A stretch of DNA of 64,000 bases from Candidatus Sumerlaeia bacterium (GCA_033764015.1 JANRJK010000023.1:1-64000), one strand, 5' to 3'; positions 10,102 through 20,114 are shown, counted from the stretch's first letter. Numbers and translations: made by a program. The notes: generated by a model not told the origin, from the letters alone.

Positions 10102-10794
10102 ATGGCCTTCATCGAGTGCCGTGCGCTCACGCGCACGTACCGCCGCGGCGACACGGAGATCACGCCGCTGGACCAGCTCGACCTCGACGTGGCGGAGGGC
10201 GAGTTCCTCGCGCTCATGGGCCCGTCCGGGAGCGGCAAGACGACGCTGCTGAACCTCGTGGCAGGAATCGACCGGCCCACCGCCGGCACCCTCCGCATCG
10301 CGGGTCAGGACATCGGCGCGCTCTCGCGGTCCGCGCTCGCGGCGTGGCGCGCGGAGAACGTCGGCTACATCTTCCAGCTCTACAACCTGATCCCCGTGCT
10401 GACGGCGTACGAGAACGTGGAGCTGCCGCTGCTGCTGAAGCCGATGGCGCGCGCGGAGCGGCACCGCCGCGTGGCCGCGGCGCTTGACCTGGTGGGCATT
10501 GCGGACCGGCACGACCACTACCCGCGCCAGCTCTCCGGCGGCCAGGAGCAGCGCGTCGCCATCGCGCGCGCGATCGTCACGGAGCCGCGCATCATCGTGG
10601 CGGACGAGCCCACCGGCGACCTCGACAAGGCATCCGCGCGCGACGTGCTCCTGCTGCTCCAGCGGCTTGCCGCGGACCACCGCCGCACGCTGCTCATGGT
10701 GACGCACGACCCCCACGCGGCAGAGTACGCCACGCGCACGCTGCACCTGGAGAAGGGCCGCCTCGTCGAGCAGGCGGCGGAGGCCACGCGATGA
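10102..10794 (+). CDS. ABC transporter ATP-binding protein (LolD/MacB type)
   Basis: GPSGSGKT, LSGGQEQR, ADEPTGDLD, VTHD. Confidence 0.95.
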   Translation: MAFIECRALTRTYRRGDTEITPLDQLDLDVAEGEFLALMGPSGSGKTTLLNLVAGIDRPTAGTLRIAGQDIGALSRSALAAWRAENVGYIFQLYNLIPVLTAYENVELPLLLKPMARAERHRRVAAALDLVGIADRHDHYPRQLSGGQEQRVAIARAIVTEPRIIVADEPTGDLDKASARDVLLLLQRLAADHRRTLLMVTHDPHAAEYATRTLHLEKGRLVEQAAEATR

Positions 10795-11933
10795 TCCCTC
10801 CGCGCATGGCGGCGCTGGTCGCGAAGCAGATCCTCCGCGCGCGCGGGCGCACGGCCCTCACCGTGTCCGGCGTGGCGCTCGCGATGTTCCTCTTCTGCGC
10901 GGTCCAGGCGATGCGCGGCGGCGTCGCCGCGGCCACCCGCCAGAGCGCGGAGGACACGACGCTGGTGGTCTACCGCGAGAACCGCTTCTGCCCCTTCACC
11001 TCGCAGCTGCCGGAGGACCACGGCCGCCGCATCGCCGCGGTGCCCGGCGTGGCCGAGGTGGTGCCGATGAAGATCGTGGTGAACAACTGCCGCGCGTCGC
11101 TCGATGTCATCACGTTCCGCGGCGTGCCTGAGGAGTCGCTTGCGGGGCTTCGCCTGCGCCTGCTCTCGGGCTCCACGGAGGAGTGGCAGCGGCGCAGCGA
11201 CGCGGCGCTCGTGGGCGCGCGGCTCGCGGAGCGGCGGGGCCTCTCTGTGGGCGACCGCTTCAGCTCCTCCGGCGTGACCGCGCACGTCGCGGGCATCGTG
11301 GATTCCGACAACCCGCAGGACGAGAACGTCGCCTACGTGCACCTGCCGTTCCTCCAGCGCGCGGCGGGGAACAAGGCGGGCATCGTCACGCAGTTCAACG
11401 TGCGCGTCACCGATCCCGCGCGGCTCGCCTCGGTGGCGGAGGCCATCGACGCGGAGCTCCGCGCATCGCAGGCGCCTACCTGGACCTCGCCGGAGAAGGC
11501 CTTCGTGGCGCGCGCCGTGGCCGACATCGTGGAGCTCGTGGACTTCGCCGGCTGGCTCGGCCTCGGCAGCCTCGTTGCGATCTTCGCGCTCGTCGGCAAC
11601 GCGATCACGCTCTCCGTGCAGGGGCGCGTGAAGGACCACGCGGTAATGCAGACGCTCGGCTATGGCGAGGGCCTCATCGTGCGCCTCGTCGTCGCGGAGA
11701 GTGTCGGGCTCAGCGTGATGGGCGCGGCGCTCGGGTCCGCGGCGGCGATCGCGGTGTCGCACTGGGGGCGGTTCTCGTTCTCCGTGGAGGGCATGAGCGT
11801 GCCCGTGGAGGCCGGCGCCGCGACGCTGCTCGCGGGGCTTGCCATCAGCGTGGTGGTGGGCGTGCTGGCGGGCCTCGCGCCGGCGGTGCGCGCGGCGCGG
11901 CTCTCGACTGCCGAAGCGTTCCGGGCGGTGTAG
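10791..11933 (+). CDS. ABC transporter permease (MacB/FtsX type)
   Basis: One TM, periplasmic domain, then three TMs; GRVKDHAVMQTLG motif. Confidence 0.9.
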   Translation: MIPPRMAALVAKQILRARGRTALTVSGVALAMFLFCAVQAMRGGVAAATRQSAEDTTLVVYRENRFCPFTSQLPEDHGRRIAAVPGVAEVVPMKIVVNNCRASLDVITFRGVPEESLAGLRLRLLSGSTEEWQRRSDAALVGARLAERRGLSVGDRFSSSGVTAHVAGIVDSDNPQDENVAYVHLPFLQRAAGNKAGIVTQFNVRVTDPARLASVAEAIDAELRASQAPTWTSPEKAFVARAVADIVELVDFAGWLGLGSLVAIFALVGNAITLSVQGRVKDHAVMQTLGYGEGLIVRLVVAESVGLSVMGAALGSAAAIAVSHWGRFSFSVEGMSVPVEAGAATLLAGLAISVVVGVLAGLAPAVRAARLSTAEAFRAV

Positions 11934-11935
11934 CG

Positions 11936-13096
11936 ATGCGCCTCCTTCCCTTCGACTACGCGGTGCGGAACCTCGGCCGGTCGCCGCGGCGGCTGCTCGG
12001 CATCGTGGCGGGCAATGTGCTCGTGGTGCTGCTGATCGTGGCGGCGGCGGCGTTCGTGGATGGGATGCGCGGCTCGCTCGCGCAGCGCGACGATTCGCGC
12101 AACGTGATCCTGCTCGGCGCGGGAAGCGAGGAGAGCATCGAACGCAGCGAGATCTCCGCAGCGGTGCCCGGCATCCTCGAAGCAAGCGTCCCCGGGATCC
12201 GGACGGTGCAGGGCGAGGCCTTCGTCTCGCCTGAGATCGTTTCCGCGTTGCTGCTCTCCTCCTCGCCGGACCGCGAGGAGGAACTACGCGCGATCGTGAG
12301 GGGGATCACGCCTGGCGCCTTCCTCGTCCACCAACGCGTGGAAATCGTGGAGGGGCGCGCACCACGCCCCGGTTCCGGCGAGGTGCTGGCTGGGAGCCTC
12401 GCAGCAGAGAAGATGGGCCTTCCTTCGCTCCCCATCGGCGTTAAACTGTGGTTCGACGGAGAGGAGTGGACTGTCGTTGGCATCATGGCCGCGCGGGGTT
12501 CCGTGATGGACGCAGAGCTCTGGGTCCCGCTCCCGGACCTGATGCTCGCGATGAAGCGCGATTCGCTCTCGTGCGTGGTGGTTACTCTCGAAACGGCGGA
12601 GTTTGCCGACCTCGACGCCTTCACAAAGATGCGTCTGGACCTGGAGCTCGCGGCGATCCGCGAATCCGAGTACTACGCTGCCGTGCTCCGGTTCTACCGC
12701 CCCGTACAGGCGATGGTGTGGATCACCGCGATCCTTGTCGCGGCGAGCGGCGTGCTAGGCGGGATCAGCACGCTGTACGCCGCCTTCGCCTCCCGCGTGC
12801 GAGAGCTTGGCATGCTTCAGGCACTCGGTTACCCGAGGCGCGCGATCGCGATCAGTTTGGTGCAGGAGGCGCTGCTGGCTGCCGCACTGGCGATCATCGT
12901 GGCACTGCTGCTCGCGCGCCTGTTTCTCGATGGGCTCGCGGTGTCGTACTCGATGGGCGTCTTCGAGCTCGCTGTGGGCCCGCGCGTTGTGTTCGCAGGC
13001 GCCGCGACGGGTCTTGCACTCGGTATCATCGGAGCGCTGCCGCCCGCTTGGCGCTGCCTCCGCCTTCCGATCCCAGAATCGCTCAAGGCAACTTGA
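11936..13096 (+). CDS. ABC transporter permease (MacB/FtsX type)
   Basis: MRLLPFDYAVRNL start; SRVRELGMLQALG motif. Confidence 0.9.
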   Translation: MRLLPFDYAVRNLGRSPRRLLGIVAGNVLVVLLIVAAAAFVDGMRGSLAQRDDSRNVILLGAGSEESIERSEISAAVPGILEASVPGIRTVQGEAFVSPEIVSALLLSSSPDREEELRAIVRGITPGAFLVHQRVEIVEGRAPRPGSGEVLAGSLAAEKMGLPSLPIGVKLWFDGEEWTVVGIMAARGSVMDAELWVPLPDLMLAMKRDSLSCVVVTLETAEFADLDAFTKMRLDLELAAIRESEYYAAVLRFYRPVQAMVWITAILVAASGVLGGISTLYAAFASRVRELGMLQALGYPRRAIAISLVQEALLAAALAIIVALLLARLFLDGLAVSYSMGVFELAVGPRVVFAGAATGLALGIIGALPPAWRCLRLPIPESLKAT

Positions 13097-13125
13097 GTCA
13101 CCCTCTCCTCGATTAGGAGCCCCCA

Positions 13126-13665
13126 ATGAATTCCCCCCTCATCATCGCCGCCGCCGCACTTGCCGCAGCGCTCGTTCTCTCTGGCTGCAGCGAGCCGGCC
13201 GCCGTGACCGCGCCGCCTGCCGCGCCCACCTCCGCCGCCCCTGCCTTCCCCCCGGCGCTCTTTGCGGCACCGCCCGCCGCCGACGCCAAACCCCTCGCCG
13301 CTGCGCGAGCCTCCGCGAAGGCTGGCGACACCGTCTCCTTCGTGGGCTACGTGGGCGGTCGCGCGGAGCCCTTCACAGAGAGCCGCGCCGTCTTCCTCGT
13401 CGCCGACCTCGAGAAGGCGCCGCCGCGCGCCGACGGCTGCAAGTCGCCCTTGGATGCCTGCTGCACTCCGCCGCCGGAGGACATCGCCGCAAACTCCGCC
13501 ACGGTACAGGTCGTGGATGCTCAGGGCGCGCCGCTGAAGCTGTCGCTCGACGGCCAGGGCGGCATGAAGAAGGGCGCCCTCGTCACCGTCACCGGCAAGG
13601 TCCGCGAGGCTTCCGCGAACGTGTTCGTCGTGGACGCGACCGGTATCTCCGTGAAGGCGCAGTAG
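13126..13665 (+). CDS. lipoprotein with CxxPxDxCC motif
   Basis: Lipobox LSGC; AGGAG RBS; GCKSPLDACC. Confidence 0.75.
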   Translation: MNSPLIIAAAALAAALVLSGCSEPAAVTAPPAAPTSAAPAFPPALFAAPPAADAKPLAAARASAKAGDTVSFVGYVGGRAEPFTESRAVFLVADLEKAPPRADGCKSPLDACCTPPPEDIAANSATVQVVDAQGAPLKLSLDGQGGMKKGALVTVTGKVREASANVFVVDATGISVKAQ

Positions 13666-13674
13666 GGGCTCGCG

Positions 13675-13989
13675 CTACCCCCCCTGCTTCTCCCACCCCG
13701 ATTGCCGGGCGACGGTGAAGAGGCGCTTCTCGTATGGGATGCGCGTTCGTCGGCCTTTTGGCGCCAGCTGACCGATCGACTCGTCGAGCGGACGGGGCTC
13801 GCCGCGGGTGTCCTCGGCAAGCGCCTCGTCGGCGAGAGCCGCGAGCTTGTCCGCCGATGCATGGAACTGCTCGTCCCACCGCGCCTCGGAAGAAATCTCT
13901 TCGAGCATCACGGCGGCGAGCGCGTCCTGCCGGTCGGCTGGCAGGTTCGTCGCCCGCTCGATGGCAAGCTGCAGTTGCTTGGTCGTCAT
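13675..13989 (-). CDS. small antitoxin-like protein
   Basis: AAGGAG RBS; MTTKQLQLAIERATNLPADRQDALA..EARWDEQF..LADEALAE resembles small addiction-module proteins. The C-terminal tail may be read-through. Confidence 0.5.
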   Translation of the reverse strand: MTTKQLQLAIERATNLPADRQDALAAVMLEEISSEARWDEQFHASADKLAALADEALAEDTRGEPRPLDESIGQLAPKGRRTRIPYEKRLFTVARQSGWEKQGG

Positions 13990-14070
13990 GGCATGCACTC
14001 CTTCGGAACCTTGCGGGAAAGCATTCCGCATCCCGCCCCGCACTTCCAGCGCAATCTGCGAGGCCCTGAC

Positions 14071-15106
14071 ATGCCCACAAGCCCCCCATTCGAAACCCGC
14101 CTCCTCGATCTCCTGCCGCCCGTGTACCGCGAGGCGGATGCGCACGGGGTCCTCGCGGCGTTCCTCGCGCTGCCGGGCGCGGCCCTCGACGACCTGAAGG
14201 CGCTCGCGGACCGGTTCCCGGAGCTGTTCGACGTCGACCGCTGCGAGGCGCGGTACCTGCCGCTGCTCGCGGCTCTGGTCGGCTGGCCGTGGGATCCCGC
14301 GCCTACGCCGCGAATGATGAGTGGCGTGTATTGAATTCCGAGTTCAGACCATTGCGCCAGCCAACTCATCACTCGCTACTCGCCAATCGCGCGAAGCGTA
14401 GCCCGCGCTGCGTCCCCACCATCCCGCGGGCACCCGCGTGTTCGACCTGCGCCTGCTGCAGTTCGCGGGGGATCTCGGAGTGCTCCTGGAAGCACACGCG
14501 GATGCGCTCGTGCGGATGGTCGCCCTGGCCCGGCTGCACGAGGTTTTCGTGCTGAACCGGAGCCACCTGAACGGCCGCGACCCGCTCACGACGCGCCTCT
14601 GGGCGCCGGTGCTGCTCGTGGCCACGCAGGCGACGTTCACGCGGCAGGGGTTCAAGCACGCGCAGACCTGCATGCGCACCTGGCACGCCCGGACGCGCTG
14701 CTTCCGCCTGGACCAGTCGCGGCTCGGCACCGAGCGCCTCGCGAACACCTGGGAGAGCGAGCTGGTCGGGGCGGTCTGCTGCTGCGTCTCGGTGGAGGAT
14801 ACCCCAGTGGAGGAGAAGCCTCACTCCGTCCTGAACCGCCCCCGCCTGAACCGTGTGCCGCTTGGAACGCAGAAGCGCTGCTGCCGCGTGCTGCGGCGCC
14901 AGTATGACCTCGTGGCCGTGGCGGAGGCAGCGGCGGCGGAGTCGCTCCCCAGCGCTACCGCTCATGGTCTACGCTCCTGGGCGCGCCTCTCCCCCGGGTT
15001 CGTCTTGGGGGGTGCGCGGTTGGCAGGGGAGGAACCGCTGGGACCTGTCGATGCCACGCAGGAGAGCCTGTGGCACGCGGGTACGAAGCCGCCGTGGCTG
15101 CAATAG
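14071..15106 (+). pseudogene. phage tail/baseplate protein (P2 gpI-like), split
   Basis: LLDLLPPVYREAD..LFDVDRCEARYLPLLAALVGW, then hairpin 14302-14402, then HHPAGTRVF and the C-terminal part. Confidence 0.65.
14302..14402. repeat. 7-nt-unit inverted-repeat hairpin
   Basis: Arms GCGAATG ATGAGTG GCGTGTA / AACTCAT CACTCGC TACTCGC CAATCGC; ends CTACGC..GCGTAG. Confidence 0.7.
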
Positions 15107-15109
15107 CGC

Positions 15110-15146
15110 CACCGACGGTTCACCTCCGTTTCCGGTAGCATTCTGG
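15110..15146 (+). promoter_or_regulatory. 37-bp phage motif, copy 3
   Basis: One mismatch to copies 1 and 2; precedes GGAGG + ATG at 15188. Confidence 0.7.
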
Positions 15147-15187
15147 TGGGGCGTCGAAGGCAGCCGCCCCGGAACCGGAGGCCTCCG

Positions 15188-15450
15188 ATGGGACAGGGAG
15201 TCATCACCCGCGCGGGACGCGTGCTGACGGCGCGGCTGCTCCTCGGCGAGCAGGTCGAGGGCATCACGCACTGCGCGCTCGGCGAGGGGGACGCGTCGTT
15301 CACCGACCCGCTTCAGCCGCCACCCCCCGACGTGTTCCAGACGGCCCTCCGGAGCGAGCGCCTCCGCAAGCGCTGCTACAAGCGCACGTTCCTCGTCGAG
15401 AACCCCGAGGGCGGACTCCTCGTGGGTGGCCAGCTTTACTCCCAAACCGA
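15188..15450 (+). pseudogene. N-terminal fragment of phage tail-collar/fibre-associated protein
   Basis: MGQGVITRAGRVLTARLL..ITHCALGEGD..TALRSE; sequence degenerates after ~15450. Confidence 0.55.
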
Positions 15451-15604
15451 CAAGAGAAACCGGCGGCGGGACGTTCGGCACGATCGGGAGCGTCCGCTCC
15501 GTGGGCCTACCAGCCTCGCCGCCGGTGGGGCGGGTTTGTTCCCGGGGTTGATGCCGGGAACGAGACAACTCCTCCTCCAGATCGGGGGAACCCACCGCAC
15601 TTCG

Positions 15605-15702
15605 CGCGGAGTGATGAGTTTTGAGTAGCGAGTGGCGAGTTGTTCTCCGAGTGGATAACTCGCTACTCTTCACTCGCTACTCGCCACTCGCGGCAAAGCC
15701 GC
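15605..15702. repeat. 7-nt-unit inverted-repeat hairpin plus GCGGCAAAGCCGC mini-hairpin
   Basis: ATGAGTT TTGAGTA GCGAGTG GCGAGTT / AACTCGC TACTCTT CACTCGC TACTCGC CACTCGC. Confidence 0.75.
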
Positions 15703-15732
15703 GCCGCCCGGCCTTCGCTTACTTGGCCCGCC

Positions 15733-17118
15733 TTACCGGACTGCAAGGACGCGGAACCCGTAGTTGGAGAGACCGTTTGACGGGATGCTGTTACTGCGCC
15801 GGGCCGACCGACAGACCCGGGCGTTGTCGTTCCAGTCGCCGCCGCGAAGCACGCGGAACGAGCCAGAGACGGGGCCTGTCGGATCAGTCACAGTTCCCGG
15901 GTAGGTGCCATACCAATCCGAGCACCACTCCCACTCGTTGCCGTGCATGTCGTGCAGACCCCAGGCATTCGCGGGCTTCTGGCCCACAGTCTTTGTCCCG
16001 TTCGGCGAGTTGTTGCCTGCGAACCACATGTTGTCGCCGCGTCCGCCGGCAGTATCGGTCGTTTCGTTGGACGCGAAGCCGTCGCCGTAGTTGAACCGCG
16101 TCGTTGTCCCCGCCCGGCAGGCGTATTCCCACTGCGATTCCGTCGGCAGGCTGAACGTCCCCGGCTCGGTAACGTGGGTGTTGAGGGCCGTCATCCAGGA
16201 GCCAACGTCGTCGTGGGAGATGTTGTGCACGGGCATCGTGCCGCCGACGAAGGTTTGGGCCACCGGGAAGGACTGGAGGGCTGCCCACTGGTCCTGCGTC
16301 ACCTCCGTCTTGCCGAGGTAGAAGTCCTGCGTCAGCGTCACCTGGTGCTCGGTCTCGTCCAACAAGCGCGAGAGTTCCGTCTACGGCGAGCCCATCGTGA
16401 ACGTCCCCGCCGGGATCCGGATCAGTTCCATCGGCACCGAGCCGGGGAGCGAGAGCGTCCAGGTGTCCTGGTAGAAGTTGCTGTACGGCGTCGCCGCGGC
16501 GTTTCCGTTGCCGGAGCCCGACGCGGCGGTGGCCGCAGCCGCACCCACCGAGGCCGTCACCGTGCCGCCCGTACCGGTGACGGCGAGCGTGTAGGAGGAC
16601 GCGGAAACCGGGGTGAAGGTCCCCTTGGTGCCGCCCGTGACGGCGACGTCGGAGGCGTCGAAGCCCGTCACGCCCTCGCCGAAGGTGAAGGTGAAAGTCT
16701 GAGTCGCGGTTTCCGAGATGGAGGCCGCGGCCAGCGTACTCGTGATGTTCAGCGGGATCGCCACGCCGTCCTCGGCGAGGACGCGGACGATGAACGTGCT
16801 CGCGAGCTGCTGGCTGGGCAGGTCCGTCGCCACCGACCAGTCGATGGTCTTGCCCGTGCCGGGCGTGACGCCCGCGCCGACGGCGCCGGTCGTGGTGGTG
16901 GCCGTGGTGAACGACGCGCCGCCGTTGGTCGAATACAGCAGCGACACCGCCGCGTTGCCGTTCGGGGAAACGAGGTCATACGTCACGCGCACGCGCGTCG
17001 AGCCGGATCCGTCGGGTTGCTGGACGTAAGCAACGTTGGAAACGACGGGCTGGGCGAAAAGCCCCGTGGGGAGGAGCAACGCCGCGAGGGCCGAGAAGAA
17101 GGGTCGGGTCAGTTTCAT
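15733..17118 (-). pseudogene. secreted protein with Ig-like domains and C-terminal FGE-sulfatase (C-lectin-fold) domain; in-frame TAG
   Basis: Signal peptide MKLTRPFF..; GTFTMGSP*TE; EVTQ, LPTESQWEYACRAG, NAWGLHDMHGNEWEW, RGGDW, GFR. TAG at 16381-16383 is in frame with the downstream ORF. Confidence 0.85.
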
Positions 17119-17567
17119 TGATCGAGCACGCTCCAGTCGGTCACGCTGGTGGTAAAGGCGGTGGAGCCTTGGCCCGTGCCCGTGGTTCCCGAGGGGGCGG
17201 CGGAGCGGTTGCCCAGGGTGTCCTCGGCCACGAGGTCGAAGTGGTAGGTGCCGGTGCCCGCAGGAACGTAGGTGAACGAGCCGGACGGGGTGGCGAAGAA
17301 CTGCGTGGTGAAGGCCCACGCGGCGGAGTCCTCGCGCGCCCAAAGCTCGACGCGGGCAATGCCCGAAGTGTCGCTGGCAGCCGCGTAGGGGATCGCTTCG
17401 CCGGTGATGATGCCGGTCGGCGGAACGGTCGCCGTGCCGGGCGTCGGAGCGACGGTGTCGAGGCTCCCGACGGCGGAATCACCGCTGCCGGAGAGGGCAA
17501 AGGCTGAGGCGCACGCGAGAGTCAGAATACTCGCGAGCGCACCCCGCAGAATACCGGTTGGATACAT
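17115..17567 (-). CDS. secreted Ig/FN3-like protein
   Basis: AAGGAG RBS, signal peptide, DTVAP..DTLGNRS, ends SVTDWSVLDQ; ATGA overlap with the FGE gene. Confidence 0.75.
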   Translation of the reverse strand: MYPTGILRGALASILTLACASAFALSGSGDSAVGSLDTVAPTPGTATVPPTGIITGEAIPYAAASDTSGIARVELWAREDSAAWAFTTQFFATPSGSFTYVPAGTGTYHFDLVAEDTLGNRSAAPSGTTGTGQGSTAFTTSVTDWSVLDQ

Positions 17568-17749
17568 GGCTGCTCCTTGAGATGTCAGGTTGGTAAATCA
17601 CTATTATTGCAGATGCAATTTTCGCTCCTCCCCCGTTGGCGAGTCAAACGGAAGGGGCGGCAGCGGAATTTTCTGGGAGGCGAAGCGGCGCGTAGGTAAG
17701 GTGAACATAAGGTGGAGGGAAGGTGGTGAACCGACTCGATTTCGAGGGC

Positions 17750-18210
17750 TGAGTTCGTGGTGCGCGATCGTCCCCGGCGAGGAGGAGCAGCTTCCCGCCA
17801 TCGCGTGCCGCGTCGTGGTGAGGGCGCTGTTCTCCAGCGGCCTCGCGTTCCAGTCGCCGGTCCTCAACTTCCACGACCTGCAGCTCATGACCTACCTCAA
17901 CGCCACCGTGGGCACGTACGTGACGCGCGAGCTCGTCGCGACGCAGCCGATCGCGTCCGCGAAGGTGTATGCGGAGATGTCGGTCCCGAGCGGCACCACT
18001 GTCGCCTGGTTCGCCTCGAACGACGGCGGCGCGACGTGGGAGCCGATGGGGCAGGAGGACGCCCGGCCGCTCAACGACACGTGGACCGAGTTCGTGTTCT
18101 CGCGCACGTTCGCGAGCCCCGCAGGCAACCGCGTCCGGTTCAAGGCAGTAATGGCAGGCACCGCGCTGGTGACCCCGCGCATCCATTCCCTCGGCGCGAC
18201 CCTCGCGTAA
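17750..18210 (+). pseudogene. C-terminal fragment of phage virion structural protein
   Basis: Phage-like codon usage; ..FASNDGGATWE..RVRFKA..PRIHSLGATLA; no start codon or RBS seen. Confidence 0.5.
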
Positions 18211-18223
18211 GGTAGTGTCCTCG

Positions 18224-18598
18224 TTAGCTGGTTTCTTGTGTCTTGTTCAGATGGTTGATCAGTCCCCCGATGAGGCGAGAGACAGCGTGAGCCTTCTCCA
18301 TGAGTGCCTCGAACTGCGCGGCGTCGATGTAGCCGAGATCGCGTGCCACGTAGAGATGACTCTGCACTTCGAGCGCGGAGCCGTTGGCGATCCCGAGGAA
18401 CTGCGCGAACTCGCGGCGACTGCTGCGCCCGAAGCCCTCGGCGATGTTCGCCATGATCGAGACCGAGGCCCGCCGCACCTGGTCGCGAAGGCCGTAGTCG
18501 CGCGAGAAGCCGCCCTCGCGAGTTGCCAGGTAGATGGCCGATGTCAGCGAACGCGCCTCCTGCCAGCTCTTGATCTCCTCGAATCGGGTGATGGTCAC
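18224..18598 (-). CDS. four-helix-bundle protein (TIGR02436/23S-IVS/Avd-like fold)
   Basis: [57 protein letters not shown] + GTG. Confidence 0.9.
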   Translation of the reverse strand: MTITRFEEIKSWQEARSLTSAIYLATREGGFSRDYGLRDQVRRASVSIMANIAEGFGRSSRREFAQFLGIANGSALEVQSHLYVARDLGYIDAAQFEALMEKAHAVSRLIGGLINHLNKTQETS

Positions 18599-18653
18599 GG
18601 TGCCCTGCCTCCGCTCGATGGTCTGTGCAACGAGACCTGCCATGGCAACCGAT

Positions 18654-18688
18654 CCAAGGCACAAGCCCACAAGACACAAGCCACAAGG
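18654..18688. repeat. CACAAGN heptamer tandem repeat
   Basis: ACAAGCC CACAAGA CACAAGC CACAAGG; complementary to TCTTGTGTCTTGTT at ~18234-18247. Confidence 0.7.
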
Positions 18689-18696
18689 AGTTATCC

Positions 18697-18939
18697 GTGA
18701 TCGTCAAGCGCCACGCGGGGTTCGTGGAACTGATCCCCTCCCCCGCGGAGAAGAAGCGCGAGCTGTTGGGCGACAACGTGCTCCTGCTCCTCGCCAACCT
18801 GAACGCGAGGCTCGCGCAGATCGAGGACCGCCTCGGCCTCGACGCGGACGGCCGCACCGAGTTCGACGACAGGCTCAGCCAGATCGACCAGGAGCTGGCC
18901 GCGAACCTCGCCCTGAACGAGCAGCTGCGCCGCCGGTAA
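18697..18939 (+). CDS. small phage coiled-coil protein
   Basis: AAGGAG RBS + GTG; 80 aa. Confidence 0.6.
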   Translation: MIVKRHAGFVELIPSPAEKKRELLGDNVLLLLANLNARLAQIEDRLGLDADGRTEFDDRLSQIDQELAANLALNEQLRRR

Positions 18940-19118
18940 GGCAGTACCTCGTGCCACGTGTCGCGTGCCTCGTGCTCATGTCGGAGCCGAACGAGGCACC
19001 CGGCACAAGCCCACCAATCACTGCCTTATCCGACTTGCATCGTGCCGGAAGGAGAGCGTGTGTGCGACGCGTCGGGCCGCACGCGGGAGCCCGACAGGAA
19101 GGGAGTTCCCAAGCACGC

Positions 19119-20114
19119 ATGGACCTACGGCAGCTACGCTTCGGCATCGAGATCGAGACCGTCCGCCGCACCCGCGAACAGGTGGCCCTGGCCATCCGCT
19201 CGGTGGTCGGCGGGGAGGTCGTCCACGGCAACGCGCCGCTCGACCCCTGGGAGGTGCGCGCCGCCGACGGGCGCGCCTGGAAGGTGGTCGCGGACGGCTC
19301 GCTGATCAACGTCCCGGCGCACCTCCGCGCGGAGATCGTCAGCCCCGTCCTCGACTACGCCGACCTCGACACCCTCCAGCAGGTGGTCCGCGCGGTGCGG
19401 GCCTGCGGCGCGAAGGTGGACGACAAGTGCGGCATCCACATCCACGTCGACGCGGGCGCGTTCGATGGGCGCAAGCTCGCGAACCTCGCGAAGATCGTCT
19501 ACAAGCAGGAGCCGCTGATCCTCTCCGCGCTCGGCGTCGCGCAGGAGCGGCTGCGGCGCTACACGAAGCCGGTGTCGCCGCAGCTCATCCGCGAGATCGA
19601 ACGTCGCGGCCCGATGACCCGCGAGCAGCTCAACGCGGTCTGGTACGGCGCGCGGAACGAGGCGCCCGCGCACTACGACGCGACGCGCTACCACGGCGTG
19701 AACCTCCACAGTGTCTGGTACCGCGGCACGATCGAGTTCCGGTGGTTCGAATCGTGCCTTCACGCGGGCAAGGTGAAGGCCTACGTGCAGTTCGTGCTCG
19801 CGGTGGCGGCGAAGGCCCTGAACGGCCGCGCCGCATCGAGCCGCAAGCGGACGCTCGATCCGCAGAGCGCCCGCTACGACTTCCGCGTGTTCCTCCTCCG
19901 CCTCGGGTTCATCGGCGACGAGTTCAAGACCGCGCGCAAGCACCTGCTGGAGCGCATGACCGGCGACTCCGCGTTCAAGCGCGGGAGGCCCGAGCCATTG
20001 CCGATGTCGGATTGCGGAGTGCCGAAGGTGGCGGCGGCAGCGGGAGCGATCTCCGAGAGCCACTCCGAAATCCCCAATCCCCAATCCACAATCGACGAGG
20101 GGGCACACGCATGA
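19119..20114 (+). CDS. amidoligase (COOH-NH2 ligase, Amidoligase_2)
   Basis: [41 protein letters not shown]. Confidence 0.9.
   Translation: MDLRQLRFGIEIETVRRTREQVALAIRSVVGGEVVHGNAPLDPWEVRAADGRAWKVVADGSLINVPAHLRAEIVSPVLDYADLDTLQQVVRAVRACGAKVDDKCGIHIHVDAGAFDGRKLANLAKIVYKQEPLILSALGVAQERLRRYTKPVSPQLIREIERRGPMTREQLNAVWYGARNEAPAHYDATRYHGVNLHSVWYRGTIEFRWFESCLHAGKVKAYVQFVLAVAAKALNGRAASSRKRTLDPQSARYDFRVFLLRLGFIGDEFKTARKHLLERMTGDSAFKRGRPEPLPMSDCGVPKVAAAAGAISESHSEIPNPQSTIDEGAHA

Noticed and set aside
778..15146. 37-bp repeats as a CRISPR array or att sites
   Set aside because: Copies are 6-8 kb apart with no spacers or cas genes. Three same-orientation copies, each before a gene start, fit a regulatory site better.
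1113..16383. Stop-codon recoding suggested by in-frame stops (TAA 1113, TAG 4415, TAG 16381)
   Set aside because: Two different stop codons are involved, frameshifts and truncations co-occur, and many intact genes end in TAG or TAA. Decay or sequencing error is simpler.
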